A stretch of DNA of 64,000 bases from a virus. Each line of letters starts with the position of its first letter. The first letter of the stretch is position 1. The position numbers and the translations under genes were made by a program. The notes under the pieces are model-generated. The model did not search any database, had not been told where the DNA came from, and saw nothing but the letters and a program-made list of their open reading frames with translations. Positions 29,000 to 38,032 of this stretch are shown one piece after another. The stretch is from the IMG/VR virus record IMGVR_UViG_3300027763_000039, positions 1 to 64,000 of that record, one strand, 5' to 3'.

Positions 29000-29060
29000 A
29001 GATATGGACATGACTAGAGGGTATGTGCCTCTGCATGTCCATTCTTAGGTGGGCTATGTA
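29000..29060 (+). other. Structured RNA/recoding element: two alternative hairpins around a 10-nt coding gap (29046-29055)
   Basis: Hairpin A spans 29000-29045 (~18 bp, including perfect ATGGACATG/CATGTCCAT). Hairpin B spans 29032-29060 (~11 bp, loop TCTTAG). Confidence 0.7.
29004..29048 (+). CDS. dnaE: DnaE piece 1: 14-codon N-terminal segment MDMTRGYVPLHVHS*
   Basis: TAAGGAG SD at 28987-28993; encodes the first PHP strand with the HxH metal ligands; ends at TAG 29046-29048; not in the ORF track. Confidence 0.85.
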   Translation: MDMTRGYVPLHVHS

Positions 29061-30897
29061 CTCACTTTTGGATGGACTATCGCAGCCAAGAACTATTGCT
29101 GAACGATGTCAAGAAATCGGAGCAACTTCTTGTGCATTAACTGATCATGGTAATATTGCTGGAGCAGTTAAGTTTTATACGGAAATGAAAAAGAAGGGAA
29201 TTAAGCCTATCCTGGGATGTGAGGTTTATCTTTGTGATCAAGATCCTAAGATTAAAACAAAAGAAAACAAAGACTTAACCCACTTTGTGATTCTAGCTAA
29301 GAATTATGAGGGGTGGAAGAGTCTTATTAGAATTGTCTCCGAATCCAATCAGCCAGATCATTTTTATCATAAGCCAAGACTAGATATAAACACTCTTGCA
29401 CAATATTGCAATAATAATATTATTGGATTTTGTGGTCATGCTGGATCTTATTTAGCAGATAGGATTACTAATAATAATCAATTGATCGGTGATTGGAGAA
29501 ATGTTGGGATTGACCAAATTGGTAAACTAAAGGATGTTTTTGGTACAGAGAATTTCTTTCTAGAAGCACAATTAATGGATTCGGTCAATTCTCCTATTCA
29601 GACACTTTTGACTGGTGCTATGAGAGATTTGGCCAAAATTACTAATACCAAAATCATTTCTACGCCAGACGCTCATTATTGCCGCAAGGAGGACGCTGTA
29701 GATCAAAGGGTGCTTCTCTGTAATAATTTAAAAACAACCTTCCCAGAGATCAGCAGGAAGATCAGTAACGATGAGGAGGTGCCTCTTGGTTGCTTTTTTA
29801 CATCTGACAACTTCCATATCCTATCTCCAGAAGAAATGGGTCATTTTCATACAGAAGAAGAGATGGAAAATACCAAGATAGTAGATGAATTATGTGAAAA
29901 CTATAATATCTTAGATAAACCACATTTACCTCCATTTTCTTGTCCTGACGGAGCTAATCCAGATGAATACCTAAGGCAATTATGTCGTAATGGTTGGAGA
30001 GATAAAATTGCTAATAATATAGATAAAGATACCCAAGAAGATTATGTGAATCGAATAAAGTATGAATTAGAGGTTCTACAAGGGGCTGATCTTTCTAGTT
30101 ACTTTTTAATTGTACAAGATATTGTTAACTATGTCAGGAAAAACAACTGGCTTCCTGGGCCGGGAAGAGGAAGTGCGGCTGGTTGTCTAGTCTCTTACCT
30201 GATTGGTATTACTAGTATTGATCCTATTAAGTATGGTTTATTATTTGACAGATTTTATAATGCTGGACGAAATAGTAAAGACCATATCTCTATGCCTGAT
30301 ATTGACGTAGACGTACCTATTAATAAGAGAGAAAATGTAATCGAATATATTAAGCAGTGTTATGGGGCTGATAAGGTTTCTCAAATGATTACATTTAATA
30401 CTATTAAGGGTCGTGGTGCTATTAAGGATGTATTAAGAGTTTATGGTAATATATCATTTGATGAAATGAATAAGATCACTAAAAGTATTCCAGATGAAGC
30501 TAAAATTGCCGACGATCTTCAAGAAATGAAAGAAGAGACTGGGGAAGCATCTATTATTCGGTGGGCATTAGAAAATGAGCCAGATAAACTGAAAGAATGG
30601 TGCTATATAGATGAAAAAAATGAATTACAAGGACCGCTTGCCAAAAGATTTGAACAGGCTATTAGATTAGAAGGAACTAAGTCTAATCAGTCCAAACATG
30701 CGGCTGGTATTGCTATTAGTTCTAAACCATTAAATACATTGTGTCCTATGGTGTACGATTCAAAAAATGATCAGCTTATAGCTGGTATGGAAATGCAAGA
30801 TCTAGAAGCGTTAGGCATTATCAAATTTGATATTCTTGGCGTGGCAATGTTAGATAAAATTATGACTATCCAAGACATCTTATCAAAAGGAGATTAA
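29056..30897 (+). CDS. dnaE: DnaE piece 2: DNA polymerase III alpha, PHP + palm/thumb (613 aa)
   Basis: YSLLDG, LTDHGN, GIKPILGCE, DAHY, GPGRGSAAG, SMPDIDVD, HAAG, KFDILG. Confidence 0.93.
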   Translation: MYSLLDGLSQPRTIAERCQEIGATSCALTDHGNIAGAVKFYTEMKKKGIKPILGCEVYLCDQDPKIKTKENKDLTHFVILAKNYEGWKSLIRIVSESNQPDHFYHKPRLDINTLAQYCNNNIIGFCGHAGSYLADRITNNNQLIGDWRNVGIDQIGKLKDVFGTENFFLEAQLMDSVNSPIQTLLTGAMRDLAKITNTKIISTPDAHYCRKEDAVDQRVLLCNNLKTTFPEISRKISNDEEVPLGCFFTSDNFHILSPEEMGHFHTEEEMENTKIVDELCENYNILDKPHLPPFSCPDGANPDEYLRQLCRNGWRDKIANNIDKDTQEDYVNRIKYELEVLQGADLSSYFLIVQDIVNYVRKNNWLPGPGRGSAAGCLVSYLIGITSIDPIKYGLLFDRFYNAGRNSKDHISMPDIDVDVPINKRENVIEYIKQCYGADKVSQMITFNTIKGRGAIKDVLRVYGNISFDEMNKITKSIPDEAKIADDLQEMKEETGEASIIRWALENEPDKLKEWCYIDEKNELQGPLAKRFEQAIRLEGTKSNQSKHAAGIAISSKPLNTLCPMVYDSKNDQLIAGMEMQDLEALGIIKFDILGVAMLDKIMTIQDILSKGD

Positions 30898-30898
30898 T

Positions 30899-31096
30899 AT
30901 GGCAATGCAAAAGTTTATGGATATAGCAATCGGGACTGTTTTTAAGCATGAAGGTAATGAGTATCGAAAAATCCCAGAAGAAAGAATCAGTTGCTGTTCG
31001 GCCATTAATGCTCAAGGAGTACATAATGCCCAGCAAAGAATTCAAGTTTTGCCACTAGTAGAAGTCGAAGTCCTAGGAGATAACACTCAAGCATGA
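30899..31096 (+). CDS. Small hypothetical protein between the dnaE halves
   Basis: AAGGAG SD within the end of dnaE; ATGA overlap with the exonuclease gene. Confidence 0.65.
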   Translation: MAMQKFMDIAIGTVFKHEGNEYRKIPEERISCCSAINAQGVHNAQQRIQVLPLVEVEVLGDNTQA

Positions 31097-31794
31097 TCAA
31101 CTATAATAAAATTTGCGTTTTCGATTTTGAAACAGATGGTTCTGATCCTAAGTCTTGTAGTCCAGTACAAATTGCAGCCATAATTATTGATCCATTAAAA
31201 CTGGAAATTGTTCCCAATTCTGAATTCAACATCTTTTTTAAACCAGAGGTATTGGCAAATGATGAACAATATCAATATACTACAGACATTTTAGATTTTC
31301 ATGCCAAGGTAAGAGGTTCTTCTAAAGAAGCTATTCTAGAAGAATGGAAGAAGTACCCTGCTCAAGATCAGTCTTGGAAATTGTTTACAAACTATCTAAC
31401 AATGCATCATACCAGATCCAGCAAAAAGAGCCAGTTTAGTGCTCCTATTGCTGCTGGTTACAATATCAATAGATTTGACTTGCCAATTATTGATAGGTTG
31501 AGTCGTAAATATGGTAATACGAATAAGGAAGAAAGAAGCGATATTTTTTATCCAAGAGACGTATTAGATATTATGAACCTAGTCTTCTATTGGTTTGAAA
31601 ACAATGGAGATCTCAAAAATCTTTCCCTGGACACTCTTAGAGATTATCTGGGCATAAATAAAGAGGGTGCTCATGATGCTCTAAAAGATGTTAAAGATTG
31701 TGCAGAAATTCTGATTCGTTTTATGAGACTACATCGTAACCTAGGAAATAAGATTAAGTTTAAGGACTCATTTCAGTCACCATCACATGTCTAA
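31093..31794 (+). CDS. DEDDh 3'-5' exonuclease (DnaQ/epsilon-like)
   Basis: VFDFET, AGYNINRFD, AHDALKD. Confidence 0.92.
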   Translation: MINYNKICVFDFETDGSDPKSCSPVQIAAIIIDPLKLEIVPNSEFNIFFKPEVLANDEQYQYTTDILDFHAKVRGSSKEAILEEWKKYPAQDQSWKLFTNYLTMHHTRSSKKSQFSAPIAAGYNINRFDLPIIDRLSRKYGNTNKEERSDIFYPRDVLDIMNLVFYWFENNGDLKNLSLDTLRDYLGINKEGAHDALKDVKDCAEILIRFMRLHRNLGNKIKFKDSFQSPSHV

Positions 31795-33418
31795 AAAATT
31801 TCAATACAGTTGCGGATGTTCTTTTGACATTATATCTGAACATGACGATAAGGATAGAATGACTCTTAAATTTAATCCTAAAATAGAAGAGATTAGTTTA
31901 GAGTGTCAAAAAACTTGGGACCTAATTTCAGACGGAAATACTAAAGGGTGTTTCCAGTTGGAGTCTAGGCTTGGTAAGTCTATGGCTAAAAAACTAAAGC
32001 CAGAAAATATCGAACAGCTATCTGCCTTAATTAGTATTATGAGGCCGGGTTGTCTTGAAGCTTTTAGAGATGGCAAATCAGTTTCTAACCATTTTATAGA
32101 TAAAAAGAATGGCCAGGAATCTGTAGATTATTATCATCCCTCTTTAGAGCCTATTCTAAAGGGAACATATGGTGAAATGATTTACCAAGAACAGGCTATG
32201 GAAATTGCTAAAATCGTAGCTGGTTTTGATCTTCAAGAAGCAGACATGTTAAGAAAAGCTATTGGTAAGAAAAAACCAGAAGAGATGGCTAAGATTAAGA
32301 TTAAATTTTTAGAAGGCACAGAAAAAGTTGGTACAGTAGCTACTTCTCAAGCAGAAGAAATTTTCGGCTGGATTGAAAAGTCCCAGAGATATTCTTTTAA
32401 TAAATCCCACGCTGTTAGTTATGCTATTAATAGTTATTTATCAGCTTATACCAAGGCTCATTTTCCCAAAATATTTTTTGCTGCATATTTAAGATTTGCA
32501 AAAGATAAAATTGATCCTAAGGCAGAAATTAAAGAATTGGTACAAAACGCTAATGAAATGGATGTTCCTGTTTGTATACCAGATATTAGAAACTTAAATC
32601 AACTATTCATTCTTAAGAATAACAAGATTTACTTTGGACTAACAGACATCAAGGGTTTTGGACAGTCCGTTTTTGACAAATTAGTTAAACTCAAAGAAGA
32701 TAAGAAGCTAGATTTTGATACCATGAACTGGATAGAAATGCTGACTACGGTTTTGATCAATATCAACTCTACATCTGCTAAAGCATTAATCCAAAGTGGA
32801 GCAATGTCATATTTGGGTAAGAATAGAGTGGCTATGTTATTCGAATTTGGTTTAGTCTCAGAATTAACCAAGAAGGAATCAGACTTCATTATAGCTAATC
32901 TCTATAAATATAAATCAATAGGAGATGCTCTTCATGATCTATATCATAATGGAAAATCCAATAAGAATAGAAAAGCAATTATTCTAGATTTAATTAATAG
33001 CTATAATAAGCCTCCATATTCTTTAGAAGATAATCCAGATTGGATTGCTGATGCGGAAGATGCATTTTTAGGGTGTAGTATAACCTGTTCTAAAGTTGAT
33101 ATGTATGATATTACTATGACTAATACAACCTGTAAAGACTTTAAAAACACCACGCTTAAAGATAATATTCTCTTGTGTGGAGAAATTGAGAGTGTGGGTG
33201 TTACTAAAACTAAATCTGGCAAGACACCGGGTCAAGAAATGGCATTTGTTACTATGAGCGATGGCACAGGAGTAATAGATTCTGTTGTTTTCTTTCCAGA
33301 AGCCTATAAGGCTTATCGAAATATTTTATTTGATGGCAATGTGATCATAGTAAAAGGTAATAGAGCCAAGTCTGGCGATTCACTAATTGTAGAAAAGACG
33401 TATATTCCTAAAACTTGA
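31787..33418 (+). CDS. dnaE: DnaE piece 3: DNA polymerase III alpha C-terminal part (fingers, HhH, OB fold)
   Basis: GCFQLES, MRPG, YQEQAM, LRKAIGKKK, YSFNKSHA, PDI, GLTDIKGFG, MAFVTMSDGTG. Confidence 0.93.
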   Translation: MSKKFQYSCGCSFDIISEHDDKDRMTLKFNPKIEEISLECQKTWDLISDGNTKGCFQLESRLGKSMAKKLKPENIEQLSALISIMRPGCLEAFRDGKSVSNHFIDKKNGQESVDYYHPSLEPILKGTYGEMIYQEQAMEIAKIVAGFDLQEADMLRKAIGKKKPEEMAKIKIKFLEGTEKVGTVATSQAEEIFGWIEKSQRYSFNKSHAVSYAINSYLSAYTKAHFPKIFFAAYLRFAKDKIDPKAEIKELVQNANEMDVPVCIPDIRNLNQLFILKNNKIYFGLTDIKGFGQSVFDKLVKLKEDKKLDFDTMNWIEMLTTVLININSTSAKALIQSGAMSYLGKNRVAMLFEFGLVSELTKKESDFIIANLYKYKSIGDALHDLYHNGKSNKNRKAIILDLINSYNKPPYSLEDNPDWIADAEDAFLGCSITCSKVDMYDITMTNTTCKDFKNTTLKDNILLCGEIESVGVTKTKSGKTPGQEMAFVTMSDGTGVIDSVVFFPEAYKAYRNILFDGNVIIVKGNRAKSGDSLIVEKTYIPKT

Positions 33419-33442
33419 CGCTGGCCTCTCTCAAGCTATAAT
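33415..33442 (+). promoter_or_regulatory. Sigma70-type promoter for ssb
   Basis: TTGACG-16 nt-TATAAT, overlapping the dnaE stop codon. Confidence 0.65.
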
Positions 33443-33491
33443 ATGAAGCAGTTCGTTGGACCTTGGTTTTTTATTTTAAAGGAGACTTTTG

Positions 33492-33866
33492 ATGAATATT
33501 AATATTCTACGTGGTAATTTAGCTAGAGACCCTGAAATGCGTGTTGTAAACACAAATGGTAAGCAGACTTCAGTAGTTAATTTTACTGTAGCTGTTTCTA
33601 GGGAATACACGAAGGCAAACGGCGAGAGAGATAAGGTAACAACATTTGTTCCGTGTGAAGCATGGGATAGTGGTGCTGAGATTATCGGCCAGTCATTTAA
33701 GAAGGGCGATTTTGTTTTGGTAGAAGGATCTCTGAGGAATGACTCGTGGGAGAAGGACGGAGTGAAGCATAACTCTCTCAAGGTCAGAGTAAATAACTTT
33801 TCTAAGATTACTAAGCTATCTAAGAAGAGTAAGGAACAGTCGGAAGAAGAAGTAGTAAGCTTCTAA
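33492..33866 (+). CDS. ssb: Single-stranded DNA-binding protein
   Basis: LRGNLARDPE, FTVAV, CEAW, KGDFVLVEGSL, acidic tail ending in F; AAGGAG SD. Confidence 0.95.
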   Translation: MNINILRGNLARDPEMRVVNTNGKQTSVVNFTVAVSREYTKANGERDKVTTFVPCEAWDSGAEIIGQSFKKGDFVLVEGSLRNDSWEKDGVKHNSLKVRVNNFSKITKLSKKSKEQSEEEVVSF

Positions 33867-33894
33867 TCATATCTAATCTTATCACTTTAAAGAG

Positions 33895-33922
33895 ATGGGG
33901 GTGGTAACACCCCCCATTTTTT
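33895..33922 (+). terminator. Intrinsic terminator after ssb
   Basis: GGGGGTG-GTAA-CACCCCC stem with a GNRA loop, followed by a T6 tract. Confidence 0.8.
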
Positions 33923-35590
33923 ATGTCTAACAAAAAACTCAAAATTTTAATGTGTTCCGAAGCCAGTTTTTTAAGCTCTGGTTTCGGTACTTATGCAAAA
34001 GAAATCTTAAAGAGACTCCATGCCACAGGCAAATATGAGATAGCTGAATTTGCTTCTTATGGGAAAGTTAATGATCCTAAAGATGTAGATATTCATTGGA
34101 GATATTATGCCAATGCTGTAGATGATAGAGACTCAAGACATAAAGAATATAATAGCTCCATGGAGAATCAGTTTGGACGATGGAGATTTGAAAGAGTTCT
34201 TTTAGATTTCCAACCAGATATTGTCTTTGATGTAAGAGATTATTGGATGAATTCTTATCAACAATTTTCTCCTCTTCGACCATTTTATCACTGGGTTCTT
34301 ATGCCCACAGTAGATTCTGCTCCACAACAAGAAGAATGGATTGATACTTTTATTCATGCTGATGCTATTTTTACATATTCTGATTTTGGTAAAGACACAG
34401 TATTAGAACAAAGCAATAATCAAATAAGATATATAGATACAACATCTCCCGGTGTTGATCTAAATACTTTCAATATTATTGAGGATAAAAAATCCGTAAA
34501 GAAAGCTTTGGGATTGGATGAAAATAGTTTTATAATCGGGTCTATTATGCGTAATCAAAAGAGAAAACTCATTCCAGAGCTTTTTGTTTCATTGCGTAAA
34601 TTACTAGATAAGTTTCAGGCAGAAAATAATCCAATTGGAGAAAAAACATATCTATATCTCCATACTAGCTATCCTGATGCTGGTTGGGATTTGCCACAGC
34701 TATTAAAAGAATACAAGGTTGGTAATAAAGTATTATTCACATATAGTTGCAAAAACTGTGGTTTTTTCCAACCTTCTTTGTTTCAACATCCTATTACTTT
34801 TTGTCCAAGATGTAGCCAAAAATCTTTGTCCATGCCTAATGTAAGTGCTGGAGTACAATCAACAAATTTAGCTACTATTATTAATTCTTTTGATATCTAT
34901 GTACAATATGCTATTTGTGAAGGTTTTGGTATGCCTCAAGTAGAAGCTTCTGCTTGTGGGGTACCAATAGCTTCTGTAGACTATAGTGCTATGAGTGACG
35001 TTGTTAGAAAAGTAAATGGTTATCCAGTTAAGATTAATCAATATTTCAAAGAACTAGAAACCAAAGCTATTCGGGCCTATCCAGATAACAATCATTTAGT
35101 AGAAATACTACATAATTATGCTACTCTGCCAGATTTCTTAAAAGAACAAAAAAGGTTTGAAACAAGAAAATTAACAGAAGAACACTACAACTGGGATCAT
35201 ATTGCACAAAAATGGGAAAAATATTTTGATAGTGTCAAACTTACTGGCTTGCAAGGTAAGTGGTCAGAAAATTTGTCAATGTTAGAAACTATTAAACAAC
35301 CAGCAGGAAAAGTCAATCCATATGACTTTATGACACACTCAGTATCCAAAAATATGTCTCAACATCAGCTTACATCATCTATTATACTATTAAATATGAT
35401 CAAAGATTTGGATTATGGTTTTGCTATCAACGGAATACAGACAGAACCATATGATATAAGCAAAGCATTAGATGTTATCAATAATATTATTAACAACAAT
35501 AATTTAGCACAAAATGCGAAGATGAATCATGATAGTCTAAGAAATGAAGATTTTATCCAATATGCTCATATGAAAGAAAACCTAAAATGA
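33923..35590 (+). CDS. GT-B glycosyltransferase (GT4-like) with zinc-ribbon insertion
   Basis: SGFG, PGVD, RNQKRK, EGFGMPQVEASACG; CKNC...CPRC insert. Confidence 0.88.
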   Translation: MSNKKLKILMCSEASFLSSGFGTYAKEILKRLHATGKYEIAEFASYGKVNDPKDVDIHWRYYANAVDDRDSRHKEYNSSMENQFGRWRFERVLLDFQPDIVFDVRDYWMNSYQQFSPLRPFYHWVLMPTVDSAPQQEEWIDTFIHADAIFTYSDFGKDTVLEQSNNQIRYIDTTSPGVDLNTFNIIEDKKSVKKALGLDENSFIIGSIMRNQKRKLIPELFVSLRKLLDKFQAENNPIGEKTYLYLHTSYPDAGWDLPQLLKEYKVGNKVLFTYSCKNCGFFQPSLFQHPITFCPRCSQKSLSMPNVSAGVQSTNLATIINSFDIYVQYAICEGFGMPQVEASACGVPIASVDYSAMSDVVRKVNGYPVKINQYFKELETKAIRAYPDNNHLVEILHNYATLPDFLKEQKRFETRKLTEEHYNWDHIAQKWEKYFDSVKLTGLQGKWSENLSMLETIKQPAGKVNPYDFMTHSVSKNMSQHQLTSSIILLNMIKDLDYGFAINGIQTEPYDISKALDVINNIINNNNLAQNAKMNHDSLRNEDFIQYAHMKENLK

Positions 35591-36708
35591 ATGTATTGTT
35601 CGTAGGACCATATAGACAGCAAGATGGTTGGGGTCTAGCAACCCAAAGCTATATCAGGGCTGTAGCTTCTCAAAAACACAATCTAACAACTAGGCCCGTA
35701 TTTTTGGGTGCTCCATCTAATATTATAGCTGATGATATTTTAGCTTATGAAAACTCATTATATGATTCATATGATGTTGTTATTCAAAAGACCCTGCCAC
35801 ACGGCTTGTTCTACAACAAAAAATTTAAGAAAAATATCGGGTTGTTTGTTCTAGAAACTAATAATATCAGTAATTCATCTTGTATTTTTAATATTAATCA
35901 GATGGATGAGGTGTGGGTTCCTAGTAAGCAAGAACAAAAATGTCTAGTTAAATCAGGAGTCACCAAACCAATTAAAGTGATATCTCAACCTCTTGATACC
36001 GACTTTATTAAAGCTAATAAAAACCATACCTTAGATCTTCATTCTCTAGTTAAAAAAACATTCAAGTTTTATTTTATTGGAGAATATGTTGAACGTAAAA
36101 ACATTAGGGCTTTAGTAGCTGCTTTTCATTTGGCTTTTGATATTAGTCAACCAGTTTCTTTAATTATCAAGACAAATATCTCTAACATGTCTCCTGCTGA
36201 TTCTCAAAGAGCTATTGAAAAAGACATAGAAGCTGTTAAAAAACAACTTAATATTAACCAAAAATATAAACAAGAAATTATTATCACAGACAGACTATCT
36301 GACAAAGACATCGTGGGTCTACACAATTCCTGTGACTGTTTTATTATGCCTTCTTTTGGCGAAGCGTTTTGTCGTCCAGCAGCAGAAGCTCTTGTGTTAG
36401 GAAAAACACCTATTGTAACAGATAACACGGGGATGATAGACTATGTTAATCACGATAATGGCTTTGTGGTTCAAAGTCACAGAACCCCAGTTCTGTTAAA
36501 TCAAAGAACTTTATCCGAAGAGTACGATATCTATAATGCTAATGAATATTGGTATCGAATTAATATGTACGATTTAATTGAAAAAATGAGATCAGTATAT
36601 CTGATGAATAAAAACGAAAAGAAAAAATTAGAAGAAAAAAGATTACTAGGTATTAATAATATTGATCAATTTAGTTATCAACACATCGGGGACAATCTAT
36701 GTATCTGA
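35587..36708 (+). CDS. GT-B glycosyltransferase (GT4-like)
   Basis: DEVWVPS, ERKNI, PSFGEAFCRPAAEA. Confidence 0.88.
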   Translation: MNVLFVGPYRQQDGWGLATQSYIRAVASQKHNLTTRPVFLGAPSNIIADDILAYENSLYDSYDVVIQKTLPHGLFYNKKFKKNIGLFVLETNNISNSSCIFNINQMDEVWVPSKQEQKCLVKSGVTKPIKVISQPLDTDFIKANKNHTLDLHSLVKKTFKFYFIGEYVERKNIRALVAAFHLAFDISQPVSLIIKTNISNMSPADSQRAIEKDIEAVKKQLNINQKYKQEIIITDRLSDKDIVGLHNSCDCFIMPSFGEAFCRPAAEALVLGKTPIVTDNTGMIDYVNHDNGFVVQSHRTPVLLNQRTLSEEYDIYNANEYWYRINMYDLIEKMRSVYLMNKNEKKKLEEKRLLGINNIDQFSYQHIGDNLCI

Positions 36709-37619
36709 GCTTTATTACTGGCAATGTTCTAGAAAAATTTACAGACGATAAGCACAATATCATATATTATCCTCAAAATAATATGTTCGATCATTTGTTG
36801 GCCAACATTAATGATCACTCCTATTATATCTTTGGAGAAAGTAAAAATAATTTTCAGACCCCCAACCTGATCAACCTACCTAATAATCTCATATCTCTGT
36901 ATAATTACAATCTTTCTGTTACTAATAATATTCTTGGATACGCATCCAACAACCTAAAACATTTACATTTAAATAGCATTATTTGTACACACTCACACAG
37001 GCCCCCATATATCAAAAAAGAAGATTCTCTCTTAATGGATCAAAGACTAACAAAAGAAATAAAAGTCTTTTTTACAGAATCAAGTAAAGAATCCTGGAGA
37101 ATTAGCACAGGAAATGTTATAAGGTACGGTATTCCAGAGCTATTTATTAACGAAAACCCTGTAGCAAAAAGAAAAGATGTGTTGATTCTTAGCTTTGAAA
37201 ACACACCCCATGCTAAACAAATTCAACAAATATTATTAAACAATAACTATTCTTGTGATATTATGGATTCATGCTCTATCGGTACTCAGGATATCGTTAA
37301 AAAATTCAATGACTATAATATATGTGTGGATTTATCTGAACATAATATTATTAATCTTCTGTGCGCTATTGCTGCCGGGTGTGTGACTATTACTATGATG
37401 CCGCAAGTACTAGCCTCAGAATATGATGATCTTGATGGTCTGATCTTTCTTGAGTCTATTAACCAAATAGGAGAAGCTATTAAGTCTGTTCTACCCACAC
37501 AGGATGAAAAAAGACAACAAAATAGAGACCAAATACTAGAAAGATTTTCTTTCAACGATTTTAAAACACGGTTCAATTCTTTAATCACCAAGGCTAACGC
37601 GGAGGCATTCATCCTATGA
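36699..37619 (+). CDS. Degenerate GT-B-like protein
   Basis: IRYGIP, LLCAIAAGCVTI and RFSFNDF echo a GT-B C-terminal domain, but the Ex7E glutamates are absent. Confidence 0.55.
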   Translation: MYLSFITGNVLEKFTDDKHNIIYYPQNNMFDHLLANINDHSYYIFGESKNNFQTPNLINLPNNLISLYNYNLSVTNNILGYASNNLKHLHLNSIICTHSHRPPYIKKEDSLLMDQRLTKEIKVFFTESSKESWRISTGNVIRYGIPELFINENPVAKRKDVLILSFENTPHAKQIQQILLNNNYSCDIMDSCSIGTQDIVKKFNDYNICVDLSEHNIINLLCAIAAGCVTITMMPQVLASEYDDLDGLIFLESINQIGEAIKSVLPTQDEKRQQNRDQILERFSFNDFKTRFNSLITKANAEAFIL

Positions 37620-38032
37620 TTCATCAAATTAATATTGTAGTAAACCCTGAAACAGATGCTCTTGATGGATATTCTAATCTGGAAATTGATAATATTCCAC
37701 AGGTTACTAATGGATTTGTTAATGCTATTGTTTTTACCACTATAGATAAGATTGTGCAGCAAAAACGAGATGCTGTATTTATTGAGTTGCTGAAAAAATT
37801 AACTCGCGGAGGGTCTTTAACTGTTCGATTTTTAAATCCAGAGTCCATTTGTCATAAAATCAAAAATGGATCTTGCTCGGGTTTAGCATTTTCATCAATG
37901 GTTGATAATTTAAAGTCTTCGTGGATGGAAACAGAATTTTTATCTCTAATCTCTTCTTTACCCGGATTTGAACTAATTAAACATATTCATGAAGATGTTC
38001 ACTCTATAGTTGTTATAGAAAAGAGCAAATGA
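37616..38032 (+). CDS. Degenerate class I methyltransferase-like protein
   Basis: ELLKKLTRGGSLTV resembles ExxRVLKPGGxL; no SAM-binding GxG. Confidence 0.5.
   Translation: MIHQINIVVNPETDALDGYSNLEIDNIPQVTNGFVNAIVFTTIDKIVQQKRDAVFIELLKKLTRGGSLTVRFLNPESICHKIKNGSCSGLAFSSMVDNLKSSWMETEFLSLISSLPGFELIKHIHEDVHSIVVIEKSK

Noticed and set aside
29023-29055. ORF-track start of dnaE at ATG 29023 (MCLCMSILRWA...)
   Set aside because: This N-terminus has no DnaE similarity and no well-spaced SD; the true motif YVPLHVHS is in another frame starting at 29004.
29046-29102. TAG read-through or alternative genetic code as the explanation for the dnaE break
   Set aside because: Read-through stays in the wrong frame and stops at TGA 29100. 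TAG also acts as a normal stop elsewhere (9008, 16816, 42762), and genes are full-length under code 11.
30800-31950. Split intein or group I intron joining the dnaE halves
   Set aside because: No intein N-terminal block or HN-C/S/T terminus is present. The interval is fully occupied by two coupled ORFs with no non-coding room for a ribozyme.
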